Assembly (NCBI GenBank): GCA_041675805.1
Contig: JBAYTD010000001.1
Span: 8,252 to 72,251 of the forward strand
Direction of reading: 5' to 3'
Source: Lysobacteraceae bacterium
GTDB taxonomy: Bacteria; Pseudomonadota; Gammaproteobacteria; Xanthomonadales; Xanthomonadaceae
Length of the DNA stretch: 64,000 bases
Position numbers and translations under genes: made by a program
The notes under the pieces: model-generated
The model's input: the letters and a program-made list of their open reading frames with translations, nothing else
Databases searched by the model: none
Told to the model about the DNA's origin: nothing
Shown: positions 20,061 through 31,707 of the stretch, in pieces
How positions within the stretch are numbered: the stretch's first letter is position 1
How the letters are laid out: each line of letters begins with the position of its first letter

Positions 20061-21404
20061 TCAGAGCAACAGGCGGCGGATGTCGGACAACTGCCGGGCG
20101 TAGAAGGCGGCAAAGCGCGCCGCCAGGGCACCGTCGATGACCCGGTGGTCGTAGGACAGCGACAGCGGCAGCATCAGCCGCGGGGTAAATTCCTTGCCGT
20201 TCCAGACCGGCTGCATCGAGGAGCGGGAAACGCCGAGGATGGCCACTTCGGGCGCGTTGACGATCGGCGTGAACGCCGTGCCGCCGATGCCGCCCAGCGA
20301 GCTGATCGAGAAACAGCCGCCGCTCATCTCGGCCGGGCCGAGTTTCTTGTCGCGCGCCTTTTTGCTGATCTCGGCCAGTTCCCCGGCCAGTTGCAGGAGG
20401 CCCTTGCGCTCGCAGTCGCGGATCACCGGCACCACCAGGCCGTCGGGCGTGTCCACCGCGATGCCGATGTGGAAATACTTTTTCAGCACCAGGTTCTCGC
20501 CGCTGTCGTCGAGCGAGGCGTTGAAGGTCGGGAACGCCTGCAAGGCCGCCACCGCCGCCTTGATCATGAACACCAGCGGGGTGATCTTGACCTCCTTGTT
20601 CTCCTCGCCGAGCCGCTTGCGGAAGGCTTCCATCTCGGTGATGTCGGCCTGCTCGAACTGGGTGACGTGCGGGATCATCGCCCAGTTGCGGGCGAGGTTG
20701 GCACCGGAGATCTTCTTGATCCGCGACAGCGGCTGCGTCTCCACCTCGCCGAAGCGGGCGAAGTCGACCTTCGGCCAGGGCAGCAGGTTGAGGCCGCCGC
20801 CGGCGCTGACGACCGGGACCGTGCCGCCGCCGGCCAGCGCCGATTTGACGAAGCGCTGCACGTCCTCCTTCAGGATGCGGCCGTTGCGGCCGGTGCCGGC
20901 AAGTTTGTCCAGGTCGACGCCCAACTCGCGCGCGAACAGGCGCACCGCCGGGCTGGCGTAGGCGACCTTGGCCGGGTCGACGCGGGCACTGTCGAAGCTG
21001 ACCGGCGGCGACTGCGTGGCGGCCGGCGTCGATGCGGCCGGGGCGGGCGCGGATGTGGCAGGCGCGGGTGCGGCGGGTGTCGCTTCGGGTGCAGGCGCGG
21101 CAGGCACGGGCGCAGCGGCCACTGGCTCGGGCTCGGGCTCGGCGGTTTCCTCCACCGTCAGTCCGCCTTCCTGCTCGATCAGCGCCACCACGCTGCCTTC
21201 GGCGACGGTGTCGCCGAGCTTCACCTTCAACTCGCGGACGATGCCGGTGTACGGTGCCGGCACCTCCATCGTCGCCTTGTCCGACTCCAGCGTGACCAGG
21301 CCCTGATCGACCTTCACGCGATCACCCACGGCGACCAGGATCTCGATGACCGGAATGTCGGCGAAACCGCCGATGTCGGGAACGCGGGCTTCCTTGACTG
21401 ACAT
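20061..21404 (-). CDS. aceF: dihydrolipoyllysine-residue acetyltransferase (E2), single lipoyl domain
   Basis: 447 aa from the ATG at 21404. Lipoyl domain ([11 protein letters not shown]), Ala/Pro linkers, an E3-binding segment and catalytic [13 protein letters not shown]. Confidence 0.88.
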   Translation of the reverse strand: MSVKEARVPDIGGFADIPVIEILVAVGDRVKVDQGLVTLESDKATMEVPAPYTGIVRELKVKLGDTVAEGSVVALIEQEGGLTVEETAEPEPEPVAAAPVPAAPAPEATPAAPAPATSAPAPAASTPAATQSPPVSFDSARVDPAKVAYASPAVRLFARELGVDLDKLAGTGRNGRILKEDVQRFVKSALAGGGTVPVVSAGGGLNLLPWPKVDFARFGEVETQPLSRIKKISGANLARNWAMIPHVTQFEQADITEMEAFRKRLGEENKEVKITPLVFMIKAAVAALQAFPTFNASLDDSGENLVLKKYFHIGIAVDTPDGLVVPVIRDCERKGLLQLAGELAEISKKARDKKLGPAEMSGGCFSISSLGGIGGTAFTPIVNAPEVAILGVSRSSMQPVWNGKEFTPRLMLPLSLSYDHRVIDGALAARFAAFYARQLSDIRRLLL

Positions 21405-21632
21405 GATCCCTCCCCAGGGCACGGCTTGGGCGAACTCGCCAAGCCCCTATTGTGGCGGCTTGTTCCCTTCCGCTGCCAGTGCGCGATGCGCCGGCGCATC
21501 GGTGTCCGCCCGCGGACAGGCGGACGCGGCGGACGGCGGGTCGGCGCGGACAGCCGGACACGGTGCCGCGCATCGTCGGCGCAAAGCGCGTCACAACGCG
21601 GATTGTGCGGCGTCCTGCATGGTCGCAACGGT

Positions 21633-21648
21633 TGGCACGCGCGCTGCA
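21633..21648 (+). promoter_or_regulatory. sigma54-like -24/-12 motif
   Basis: TGGCACGCGCGCTGCA has GG and GC at the canonical spacing. It is intergenic, about 70 nt upstream of the small ORF at 21720. The motif alone is weak evidence, because an equal match lies inside xthA. Confidence 0.25.
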
Positions 21649-21719
21649 TCCTCGTCATCGAAGAGGTGCATCGCCGGCCAATCGGCATCGCGACAAACCC
21701 CCGCAGCAAGGAGCCCACC

Positions 21720-21938
21720 GTGAACGTCCGTCGATACCGCAACCCCGTCCGCCCGCTGTTCATCGCCCTGACGCTGGCCATCGGCGTCATCGCGGCGCTG
21801 CTGCCGGCCAACCCGCGCCAGCCGGTGGCGCTGGCCGAGACGGTGAAGGAGCGCGACGCGCTGACCGAAACGGCGGTGCGGATGCGCTGGCTGCTCACCG
21901 CGCCGCACGCCAGCAGCCGGCGCTGCTGCGGGCGTTGA
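21720..21938 (+). CDS. small hypothetical membrane/exported protein (72 aa)
   Basis: GTG start with AAGGAG 7 nt upstream. Hydrophobic segment PLFIALTLAIGVIAALLP. No homolog recognised. It lies in an otherwise unassigned 650-bp spacer. Confidence 0.3.
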   Translation: MNVRRYRNPVRPLFIALTLAIGVIAALLPANPRQPVALAETVKERDALTETAVRMRWLLTAPHASSRRCCGR

Positions 21939-22052
21939 TCGGATCGCGTGCTGACCTTTCCGCCCCGCGCTCACTAGCCGTCGCGCCTGCCGCCGCCGAG
22001 GCAGGTCCGGCGCGACGGCGGGTGCGTCCGCACCGGGGCTGCGTTGCGGGCT

Positions 22053-22544
22053 TTATGCCAACGGCCGGCCAAGGCGCTTTTCGACTTGTTGCTTCTCCCA
22101 CTTCTCGGCGCTGAATCTGACGACCTCGAAGGCTTGCAGGCCGTGAACCACGACGCCGATGCCCCAGCCGATGGAGGTGCCCAGAAAACGCATGTCCATG
22201 CCCCAGGCCAGCGCAAATACCGGCGTCAGAATGAGGTAGAGGGCAAGGTGCTGATAGAATTCCTTCAGCCCCTTGACGTACTGGATGGCATCCGCTTCTT
22301 CCGGATCCAGAGCAGGTGATTGACTCATGTCCGTTTCTCCAGGCTGAAATATCGAGCGGTCAAGCTCAAACACGGCGGCGAGGGCATTTCGGGTTTCCAA
22401 GCTGACAGGGCGGCCGCGTTCGATGCGCTGAATGCTGCGCACGCTGAGGCCGGTCAGGCTGGCGAGATGCTCCTGGGTCCAGCCGCGCTGCAATCTCAAT
22501 TTTCTGATGATCACCCTCGCCGCCTCGCTTGAAGTCGTCCGCAT
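22053..22544 (-). CDS. XRE-family HTH regulator fused to a C-terminal 2TM membrane domain
   Basis: 163 aa from MRTTSSE. LRLQRGWTQEHLASLTGLSVRSIQRIERG is a Cro/C1 HTH. The C-terminus FYQHLALYLILTPVFALAWG...GWGIGVVVHGLQAF forms two TM helices. Confidence 0.7.
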   Translation of the reverse strand: MRTTSSEAARVIIRKLRLQRGWTQEHLASLTGLSVRSIQRIERGRPVSLETRNALAAVFELDRSIFQPGETDMSQSPALDPEEADAIQYVKGLKEFYQHLALYLILTPVFALAWGMDMRFLGTSIGWGIGVVVHGLQAFEVVRFSAEKWEKQQVEKRLGRPLA

Positions 22545-22740
22545 GATGCCCGGGGACTGCGCAAGCCTACCCGACAGACAGCGGTCCGCGACCTGACATC
22601 GACCCGCCATCTACCCGACAGTGTCGTTCGGTCGCCAATGCCATGGCCGCGATCATCGGCTATCGGCTCGGCGGCCCACGATCCCGGCCGGTGCAACGGC
22701 ACCATCGATTACTACGGTGATGGGCAGGAAGCCAAGGGCC

Positions 22741-22826
22741 GTAGGTTGGGGTGAGCCTGCGAACCCCAACGCCAATGCCTTTCGAATGCTGCGTCGTTGG
22801 GCTTCGCTGCGCTCACCCCAACCTAT
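22741..22826. repeat. inverted pair of REP-like elements
   Basis: GTAGGTTGGGGTGAGCCTGCGAACCCCAAC at 22741-22770. The reverse complement of 22796-22826 is ATAGGTTGGGGTGAGCGCAGCGAAGCCCAAC. Each unit contains a GTTGGG...CCCAAC stem (7 bp, GTTGGGG/CCCCAAC, in the first unit). Confidence 0.6.
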
Positions 22827-22860
22827 GCCTCGTCCTCGCCGAGGCGAGCGCGAACCGGCG

Positions 22861-23453
22861 TTACTGCGCCGGTTCGCGGATGGCGATGACCTGCTCGCCG
22901 TTGGCGGTCAGGGTCTGCCGCGCCGATTCCAGCGCCTGCAGGCTGTCGTAGGGGCCCAGGCGCACGCGGTGCCAGACGCCGCTGTCGGTGGTCACCATTT
23001 CGATGCGCGCCACCTGGCCGACCAGGGCCAGCTTGGCCTTCACCGCCTCGGCGTCGCGCGCCTCGCGGAACGCGCCGACCTGCAACGACAGCCGCTCGCC
23101 GGGCTTGGCCGGGGCCGGCTCCGGGGTGCTGCGGCTGGCGCGCAGCTCGGTGTCGGGGATCACCGTCTCGCGCTCGGCGAGCAGGGTGTAGAAGTCGTAC
23201 TTGGGCTTGCGCGCCGGCACCGGCTCGGCCTTCTGCGCCACCGGCGGTTCCGGTTCCTTGGGTGCCTGCGCCGCCGGGTTGGGCCGTGGCAGCAGCTTGC
23301 CGCCGCCGAAGTCCTCGCGCAGCAGAAAGCCCAGCGCCAGCGCGACGCCGAGCAACAGGCCGACGACCAGGGCGATCAGCCAGGCCGGGAAGCCGCGGCC
23401 GGCCTGGCTGCCGGTGCGCCGGGCCTGCGATTTCTTGCCGCGCCGCGCCGCCA

Positions 23454-23454
<1 letters not shown>
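22861..23454 (-). CDS. SPOR domain-containing protein (membrane anchored, septal peptidoglycan-binding type)
   Basis: 197 aa. TM helix WLIALVVGLLLGVALALGFLL, Pro-rich linker, C-terminal SPOR fold LQVGAFREARDAEAVKAKLA...WHRVRLGPYDSLQALESAR. The ATG overlaps the argS stop (ATGA). Confidence 0.8.
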
Positions 23455-25268
<1,814 letters not shown>

Positions 25269-25425
25269 GGCCGGCCGAAACGCTCCCGGTATGGCGTCGG
25301 GCCCGGGCGACGGTGTCATCGGCCAGTAACGCGGCGGTCATACGCTGCCGTCCTTTCTCACTTCAGGTCGGGCGCGCGAACTGACGGAAGGCCGTCGTCC
25401 GCCGTGTCCGCCGTGGACTTTCGCC

Positions 25426-28400
25426 ATGACCCATCCCCGCAAAGCGACGCTGGCGCTGGCCGTCGGTGCCCTGTTGGCTGCCGGTTTCGCCGACGCCGGA
25501 CCGGCGGTTCTCGATGTGTACGTATTCGACGGCGCGACGCCCTTGGCCGATGTCGAACTCACCCTCGATGGCGACGATGCCGTCGTCACCGGCGACCAGG
25601 GCGGTGCCCGGCTGACGCCGCAGGCCGGCGTTCGACGTTTACTCGCCACCCGCGGCGAGCAGGTGCTGCTGGACCTGCCGCTGACCCTGGCCGACGACGA
25701 GCAGGTGCAGGTATCGGTGGCGCTGAACGGTGAACGCGCGCCGATCTATCGGCTGGTCAGCTCGCTGTCCGGCGAGCAGACCGTCGATCTGGCGCAGACC
25801 GATTCCGCCACCATCGCCGGCGAAGTGGTCGATGCCGACGGCAGGCCGGTCGTCAATGCCGAGGTGATCGTCAACGGCGTCAGCGTGCGTACCGACGCCC
25901 AGGGCCGCTATCGCCTGAGCACGCGGCCGGGCCGCTACGCCCTGCTGGTCGTCGCGCCGGGCCATGACACCCTGTCGCGGCCCAACGTGCTGCTGCAACA
26001 CGGCGAGCAGGATGGCCCGCGGATCATGCTCTCCACCACCCGCACCGGCGGCGCGGAAGGCGACACCCAGGCCAGCGTGCTGGAAGGCGTGTCGGTGGAA
26101 GCGGAGATCAAGGAAGACGCCGGCGGCCAGTACGAGATGGGCCGCGAGCGCCGCGAGGCGATCCAGGTGCAGGACATGCTGTCGGCCGAACAGATGTCGC
26201 GCGCCGGTGATTCCGACGCCGCCTCGGCGCTCAAGCGGGTCACCGGCCTGACCCTGGTCGGCGGCCAGTTCGTCTACGTTCGCGGTCTCGGCGAGCGCTA
26301 TTCCAGCACCCTGCTCAACGGTGCCGGCGTGCCCAGCCCGGACCCGACCCGCCGCGTCGTGCCGCTGGACATGTTTCCCTCCGGCCTGATCGAGAGCATC
26401 GCCATCCAGAAGGCCTACACGCCGGACATGCCGGGCGAGTTCGGCGGCGGCACGGTGGCGCTGCGCACCCTGTCGGTGCCCGAGGAGTTCAACGCCAAGG
26501 TCTCGCTCGGTGCCGGCTGGCGTCAGCACACCACCGGCAGCGACATGCTGACCTACGACGGCGGCGGTCGCGACTGGACCGGCCGCGACGACGGCACGCG
26601 CGATCTGTCGCCGGACATCCTCGCCACCATCGCCGATGGCCGCGAACTGCGCCGCGGCACCATCTTCCGCCCCGGCTACAGCGTCGAGGAACTGGCCGCG
26701 CTCGGCCGCACGCTGGAGGCGACCTACGAGGTGCGGCGCAAGGACGCGCCGTTCGACGGCAGCTTCGGACTGGAACTGGGCAACGGCTTCGAAACCGGCT
26801 TCGGCCGGATCGGCTTCCAGGCCGCCGTCGATTACGGCCACGGCACGGAAAGCCGGCAGGAAGAACTGCGCTATTTCGTCACCGACGCCCAAGGCATCCG
26901 GCCGCTGAACGATTACGTCCGCGACCGCTCGGAAACCAGGATCGACTTCTCCGGCTTCCTGACCCTCGGCGCGCAGATCGGCGATGACCACCAGGTCGGT
27001 GCCAACCTGATCCTGCTGCGGCAGACCTCGGACACCACGCAGATCGACGAGGGCTTCAACGCCGATGTCGCCGGCGATTTGCGTTTCACCGAACTGCTGT
27101 GGGTGGAGCGCGAACTGTTCGCCACGCAGCTGTTCGGCAAGCACCATTTCCCGGCCCTGCGCGGGCTGGAACTGGATTGGCGTTACAGCGATTCCGACGC
27201 CAGCCGCGACGCCCCGGACCAGCGTCTGTACCGTTTCGATCCAAGCTCCACCTCGGCCCCCGGCTTCGTGTTCTCGCGCCGCTCCGACAGCAACACGCGG
27301 CGCTTCAGCCACCTGCAGGACGAGGTCGAGGACTACGGCTTCGACCTGCGCCTGCCGCTGGCCGGCGCGGACGGCCGCTGGGCCGGCAGCAAGCTGATCG
27401 CCGGCTACGCCATCACCGACAAGTCGCGCGAATCCAGCATCCGCCGCTTCCGCTTCACCGAGGACTCGCCGTTCACGCTCGGCAACGGCATCTACGCGCT
27501 GCCCTCGCTGGAAGACATCCTCGGCCACGACAACATCCGCCCGGGCGGCTTCTACCTGGTCGAGAACACCCGCGCCACCGATACCTACAGCGCCGCGCAG
27601 GAGATCGACGCCTGGTATCTGGGCACCAATCTGAGCTACGACGAGCGCCTGCGCCTGGCCCTCGGCGCGCGCCACGAACGTTCGCGCCAGAGCGTGCTGA
27701 CCTACGACCTGTTCAGCCCGGAAACACTGCCGATCCTGGCCAGCCTGGACGACAGCGACTGGCTGCCGGCGCTGTCCGCCAGTTGGACCTTCCGCGACAA
27801 CCAGACCCTGCGCCTGGGCTACAGCCAGACGCTGTCGCGGCCGGACTTCAAGGAATTGTCCGAAGCGCCGTACACCGACCCGGAATCCGGCCGCGAGATC
27901 TACGGCAACTCCAAGCTGCAACGCGGCCTGATCGACAACTTCGACCTGCGCTGGGAAATCTGGCCCTCGCCGATGGAGATGATTTCCATCGGCGTGTTCT
28001 ACAAGGATTTCGAATCGCCGATCGAGCAGGTGATCCGTTCCGTGGTCGAGCGCACCTTCACCTTCAGCAACGCGCTGAGCGCGGAGAACTACGGCATCGA
28101 GCTGGAGGCGATGTTCTACCTCGACCGCCTCGGCGAGCGCTGGCAGCGGCTCGACTGGCTGCGCAACTTCAACGTCGCCGCCAACTATGCCTGGATCGAA
28201 TCCAGCATCGAGTTGACCGAGCAGGCGCAGCAGGTGCAGACCAATGCCGAGCGCGCCCTGCAGGGCCAGTCGCCCTACGTGTTCAACCTGCAACTGGGCT
28301 ACGACAGCGAGGACGGCCTGCTCAACTGGAGCCTGCTCTACAACGTGTTCGGCGAGCGCATCAGCGGCGTCGGCGCGCTCGGCGCACCGGACATCCTCGA

Positions 28401-28578
28401 ACAGCCGGTCGACCAGCTCGACTTCGTCCTGACCAAGCGCTTCGAGCACGGCTCGGCGCTGAAGCTGGGCCTGAAGAACCTGCTCGATCCGCGCGTCGAG
28501 GAAACCCAGGGCGGCCAGGTGCGTCGCGGCTTCCGTCGCGGGCGGCAGGTCAGCCTGAGCTGGGAATACGCGTTCTGA
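25426..28578 (+). CDS. TonB-dependent receptor with N-terminal carboxypeptidase-regulatory-like domain(s) (Oar-like)
   Basis: 1050 aa. Signal peptide; IAGEVVDADGRPVVNAEVIVNG...RYRLS...GRYALLVVAPGHD; plug (VTGLTLVGGQFVYVRGLGERYSSTLLNG); long barrel ending ...SLSWEYAF. Confidence 0.88.
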   Translation: MTHPRKATLALAVGALLAAGFADAGPAVLDVYVFDGATPLADVELTLDGDDAVVTGDQGGARLTPQAGVRRLLATRGEQVLLDLPLTLADDEQVQVSVALNGERAPIYRLVSSLSGEQTVDLAQTDSATIAGEVVDADGRPVVNAEVIVNGVSVRTDAQGRYRLSTRPGRYALLVVAPGHDTLSRPNVLLQHGEQDGPRIMLSTTRTGGAEGDTQASVLEGVSVEAEIKEDAGGQYEMGRERREAIQVQDMLSAEQMSRAGDSDAASALKRVTGLTLVGGQFVYVRGLGERYSSTLLNGAGVPSPDPTRRVVPLDMFPSGLIESIAIQKAYTPDMPGEFGGGTVALRTLSVPEEFNAKVSLGAGWRQHTTGSDMLTYDGGGRDWTGRDDGTRDLSPDILATIADGRELRRGTIFRPGYSVEELAALGRTLEATYEVRRKDAPFDGSFGLELGNGFETGFGRIGFQAAVDYGHGTESRQEELRYFVTDAQGIRPLNDYVRDRSETRIDFSGFLTLGAQIGDDHQVGANLILLRQTSDTTQIDEGFNADVAGDLRFTELLWVERELFATQLFGKHHFPALRGLELDWRYSDSDASRDAPDQRLYRFDPSSTSAPGFVFSRRSDSNTRRFSHLQDEVEDYGFDLRLPLAGADGRWAGSKLIAGYAITDKSRESSIRRFRFTEDSPFTLGNGIYALPSLEDILGHDNIRPGGFYLVENTRATDTYSAAQEIDAWYLGTNLSYDERLRLALGARHERSRQSVLTYDLFSPETLPILASLDDSDWLPALSASWTFRDNQTLRLGYSQTLSRPDFKELSEAPYTDPESGREIYGNSKLQRGLIDNFDLRWEIWPSPMEMISIGVFYKDFESPIEQVIRSVVERTFTFSNALSAENYGIELEAMFYLDRLGERWQRLDWLRNFNVAANYAWIESSIELTEQAQQVQTNAERALQGQSPYVFNLQLGYDSEDGLLNWSLLYNVFGERISGVGALGAPDILEQPVDQLDFVLTKRFEHGSALKLGLKNLLDPRVEETQGGQVRRGFRRGRQVSLSWEYAF

Positions 28579-28734
28579 CCGCGTTGACGCGGCACTGTCT
28601 TGCAAACGCCATCGCGCTGTCATGAAGGGCCACTAAGGTTCGACGCTCGCGCTGCCGGTCCCCGACGCATCGGAGCTGGCAAGGCCAATCCATCGGCTCG
28701 CCGATCTCTCCGCCCCGGTTCAAAGGAATCCCCC

Positions 28735-30549
28735 ATGCTCCGCAACACTCGCAAGACCGTCCTTTCCGCCGCGCTGGCCGCCTGCCTGTTCGGCGGCAGC
28801 GCCCATGCCGTTTCCTTCGGCGACTGGTTCGACGACTCCTGGGCCGAAACCTCCGGCGTCGGTGCCAACAAGGGCCTGGTCACCGACTATGTCGCCGACC
28901 TCAACCAGTTGATCTTCGCCTTCTTCACCTATGACCAGAACGGCGACCAGGTCTGGTTGACCAACAACTTCAGCCCGGTCGACGGCCAGAGCGAGTACAC
29001 GCTGGAAGCCTACCGCTTCACCGGCGGCCGCTTCGACGCTAACGGCGCGCCGACCGCCGAGCTGCTGGGCAGCGTCGACCTGCGCCTGGCCTGCGACAGC
29101 ATCGAGATCGACTTCACCCCGGCCGAGGGTTCCGGCCTGAGCGCCGCCGACTTCACCTTCGAGCGCAGCGAGAACGTGTTCGGCGGCAAATCCAAGGCGC
29201 AGACCTACTGCGCGACCAAGGTCGCCTTCGAAGGCTGCCCGAGCGGCACCACCCAGCTCGGCGACGGCGCGGTGTGCGAACTGCGCGGCCGCTACACCGA
29301 CGACCTGCACCTGACCAGCAACGCCACCTGGGTCATCAACGGCGGCGTGTTCATCGGCGAGGACGTCGGTCCCGACGTCAACGCTCCGAGCGCCGGTGCC
29401 CGTTCGGCCACCCTGCGCATCGATCCGGGCACGACCGTTGCCGGTGCCGCCGGCCGCGACGTGCTGGTGATCGAGCGCGGCTCGAAGATCCTCGCGCTGG
29501 GCACCGCCGCGCGCCCGGTCATCATGACCAGCGCCCAGGGCCTGGAGAACGGCGACGACCATCGCGGCATCGGCGAGTGGGGCGGCCTGGTCATCAATGG
29601 CCGCGGCATCCTCAACACCTGCACCAGCGGCATCTGCGAGGCCGACGGCGAGGCCGACACCGGCCGTTACGGCGGCAACGACCGCTTCGACAACAGCGGC
29701 AGCCTGCGCTACGTCTCCGTGCGCCACGCCGGCTTCCAGTTCACCGACGAGAACGAACTCAACGGCATCGCCTTCCAGGGCGTCGGTGCCGGCACCAAGA
29801 TCGAGTACATCCACGTCCACCTGAACGCCGACGACGGCGTCGAGTTCTTCGGCGGCAACGTCAACGCCAAGCACATCGCGCTGACCGGCAACGGCGACGA
29901 CAGCCTGGACTGGACCCACGGCTGGGACGGCAAGGTGCAGTACGTGCTGATCAAGCAGTTCGGCGGTGCCGCCACCGGCGACCGCGGCATCGAGGCCGAC
30001 AACCTTGAGGCCAACAACGACGCCAGCCCGCGCTCGCAGCCGATGCTGGCCAACTTCACCATCATCGGCGCGCCCGGCAACGGTCGTGGCGTGACCCTGC
30101 GTCGCGGCACCGGTGCCAACCTGTACAACTTCATCATCACCAATGCCGGCCACCACGGCCTGGATCTGGATGATCCGGCCACCTTCGCCGCCGCCGGCAC
30201 GCCGACGGACCTGAGCGGCGTGCTGACGGTGGAGAACTCCATCGTTTCCGGCAACACCGCGCGCGGCAACTTTGCCGACTCCGGCAGCGATGCCTGGTTG
30301 ATCTCCGACTGGTTCAACGCCCAGCCCAACAACAGCACCGACGACCCGCAGCTGGGCGGTCGCGGCAGCTTCATCCCGGCCGTCGGCTCGCCGGCGCTGG
30401 GCATCGGCGTGGTGCCGGAAGTGGACGGCAACGAAGGCTTCTTCGACCAGGTCGACTATGCCGGCGCGGTGTCGGGCGAAGAGGGCGACTGGACGGCCGG
30501 CTGGGTCATCGGCCTGGACGACGACTACGCCGCCAGCTGGCTTGACTGA
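28735..30549 (+). CDS. secreted hypothetical protein, possible right-handed beta-helix
   Basis: 604 aa from the ATG at 28735 (AAAGGA upstream). Signal peptide [16 protein letters not shown]. Repeated Gly/Asn/Asp turn motifs ([54 protein letters not shown]). Lies 156 nt after the TonB receptor gene. Confidence 0.65.
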   Translation: MLRNTRKTVLSAALAACLFGGSAHAVSFGDWFDDSWAETSGVGANKGLVTDYVADLNQLIFAFFTYDQNGDQVWLTNNFSPVDGQSEYTLEAYRFTGGRFDANGAPTAELLGSVDLRLACDSIEIDFTPAEGSGLSAADFTFERSENVFGGKSKAQTYCATKVAFEGCPSGTTQLGDGAVCELRGRYTDDLHLTSNATWVINGGVFIGEDVGPDVNAPSAGARSATLRIDPGTTVAGAAGRDVLVIERGSKILALGTAARPVIMTSAQGLENGDDHRGIGEWGGLVINGRGILNTCTSGICEADGEADTGRYGGNDRFDNSGSLRYVSVRHAGFQFTDENELNGIAFQGVGAGTKIEYIHVHLNADDGVEFFGGNVNAKHIALTGNGDDSLDWTHGWDGKVQYVLIKQFGGAATGDRGIEADNLEANNDASPRSQPMLANFTIIGAPGNGRGVTLRRGTGANLYNFIITNAGHHGLDLDDPATFAAAGTPTDLSGVLTVENSIVSGNTARGNFADSGSDAWLISDWFNAQPNNSTDDPQLGGRGSFIPAVGSPALGIGVVPEVDGNEGFFDQVDYAGAVSGEEGDWTAGWVIGLDDDYAASWLD

Positions 30550-30614
30550 GCGACGCCACGCGACGGAAGCGGCTTCGCCCGATCCGTTTTGCTGCAGCAC
30601 GTTCGCGGCAACAC

Positions 30615-30647
30615 GAAAGGCCCGGCTCGCCCGGGCCTTTCGCTTTG
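30615..30647 (+). terminator. intrinsic terminator
   Basis: Perfect 11-bp stem GAAAGGCCCGG / CCGGGCCTTTC with loop CTCGC, followed by GCTTTG. Begins 66 nt after the stop of the 28735-30549 gene. Confidence 0.6.
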
Positions 30648-30725
30648 CCGCCGACCGCAATGCGGGCGCGCGGCTTTCGCTGTAAGGTATTGCCCCCTTC
30701 CAGCCACCGCCTCGGAGACCGCCCG

Positions 30726-31406
30726 ATGAGTGCCCGCCGCGAACGCCTCGTCCTGCCCAATGACGGCGACCGGCTGCTGCTGCATTCCTGCTGCGCGCCG
30801 TGTTCGGGCGAACTGATGGAAGCCTTCGTCGAGTCCGGCATCGACTACACGATCTTCTTCTACAACCCCAACATCCATCCGGCGAAGGAATACGAGCTGC
30901 GCAAGGAGGAGAACATCCGCTTCGCGCAAAAGCACGGCGTGCCCTTCATCGATGCCGATTACGACACCGACAACTGGTTCGCCCGCGCCCGCGGCATGGA
31001 GGACGAGCCCGAGCGCGGCATCCGCTGCACCATGTGCTTCGACATGCGTTTCGAGCGCACCGCGCTGTACGCGCACGAGCACGGCTTTCCGGTCATCACC
31101 AGTTCGCTCGGCATCTCGCGCTGGAAGAACATGGCGCAGATCAACGACTGCGGCCAGCGCGCCGCCGCGCCCTACGACGGCATGGTCTACTGGGACTACA
31201 ACTGGCGCAAGGGCGGCGGCAGCCAGCGGATGATCGAGATTTCCAAGCGCGAGCAGTTCTACCAGCAGGAATACTGCGGCTGCGTGTATTCGCTGCGCGA
31301 CACCAACCGCCACCGCCGCGCCCAGGGCCGCGAGCGCATCCGCATCGGCATCAAGTTCTACGGCGAGGACAAGGCCGAAGAAACGGCCGATTCCGCCGCC
31401 GGCTGA
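30726..31406 (+). CDS. queH: epoxyqueuosine reductase QueH (DUF208)
   Basis: 226 aa from the ATG at 30726 (GGAGA upstream). [11 protein letters not shown]...[10 protein letters not shown]...RCTMCFDMR...QEYCGCVYS are the Cys motifs typical of QueH. Confidence 0.85.
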   Translation: MSARRERLVLPNDGDRLLLHSCCAPCSGELMEAFVESGIDYTIFFYNPNIHPAKEYELRKEENIRFAQKHGVPFIDADYDTDNWFARARGMEDEPERGIRCTMCFDMRFERTALYAHEHGFPVITSSLGISRWKNMAQINDCGQRAAAPYDGMVYWDYNWRKGGGSQRMIEISKREQFYQQEYCGCVYSLRDTNRHRRAQGRERIRIGIKFYGEDKAEETADSAAG

Positions 31407-31480
31407 TCGGCCGCCCCCGCTCCGGCGGGCGATCAGTCAATCAACCCTGCTGATCAGCCTCATCACTTAGCTGGCCTTTT

Positions 31481-31700
31481 CCTTCTCCCCCCGGAGAAGG
31501 TGGCCCGAAGGGCCGGATGAGGGTTCGGCCGCCATGACGCTTCGCAAGGTTATCTGCAATGTGTTGCCGAACCCTCTGCAACCTGCACCCCGGCCCGCGC
31601 GCTTGCATGCGCGCAGGCGTTCGCAGGCTCCCGGCTTTGCTGCTCGAAAGCCCTGCTCACCCCGGCGGGAGAGGGCTTCTTGTAGCTGAGGGATGGGGCT
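31481..31700. repeat. cluster of GC-rich REP-like hairpins in a convergent spacer
   Basis: CCTTCTCC-cccc-GGAGAAGG (31481-31500) and GGCCC-gaa-GGGCC (31502-31514). CTCACCCC...GGGAGAGGGC (31656-31676) shares boxes with the hrpB-internal element. Confidence 0.45.
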
Positions 31701-31707
31701 AATCAGG

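Noticed and set aside
21426-22114. 170-aa and 220-aa plus-strand ORFs spanning the aceF upstream spacer.
   Set aside because: They have Arg/Pro/Ala-rich N-terminal parts without an RBS. Only the 3' portion of one frame (21720-21938), with its AAGGAG-GTG start and a hydrophobic helix, seemed worth retaining, and then only as a low-confidence candidate.
25320-25425. Regulatory element (Fur box, cobalamin or other riboswitch) upstream of the Oar-like TonB receptor.
   Set aside because: The divergent spacer is only 106-157 bp long depending on the argS start. It is GC-rich and shows no AT-rich dyad or conserved riboswitch core.
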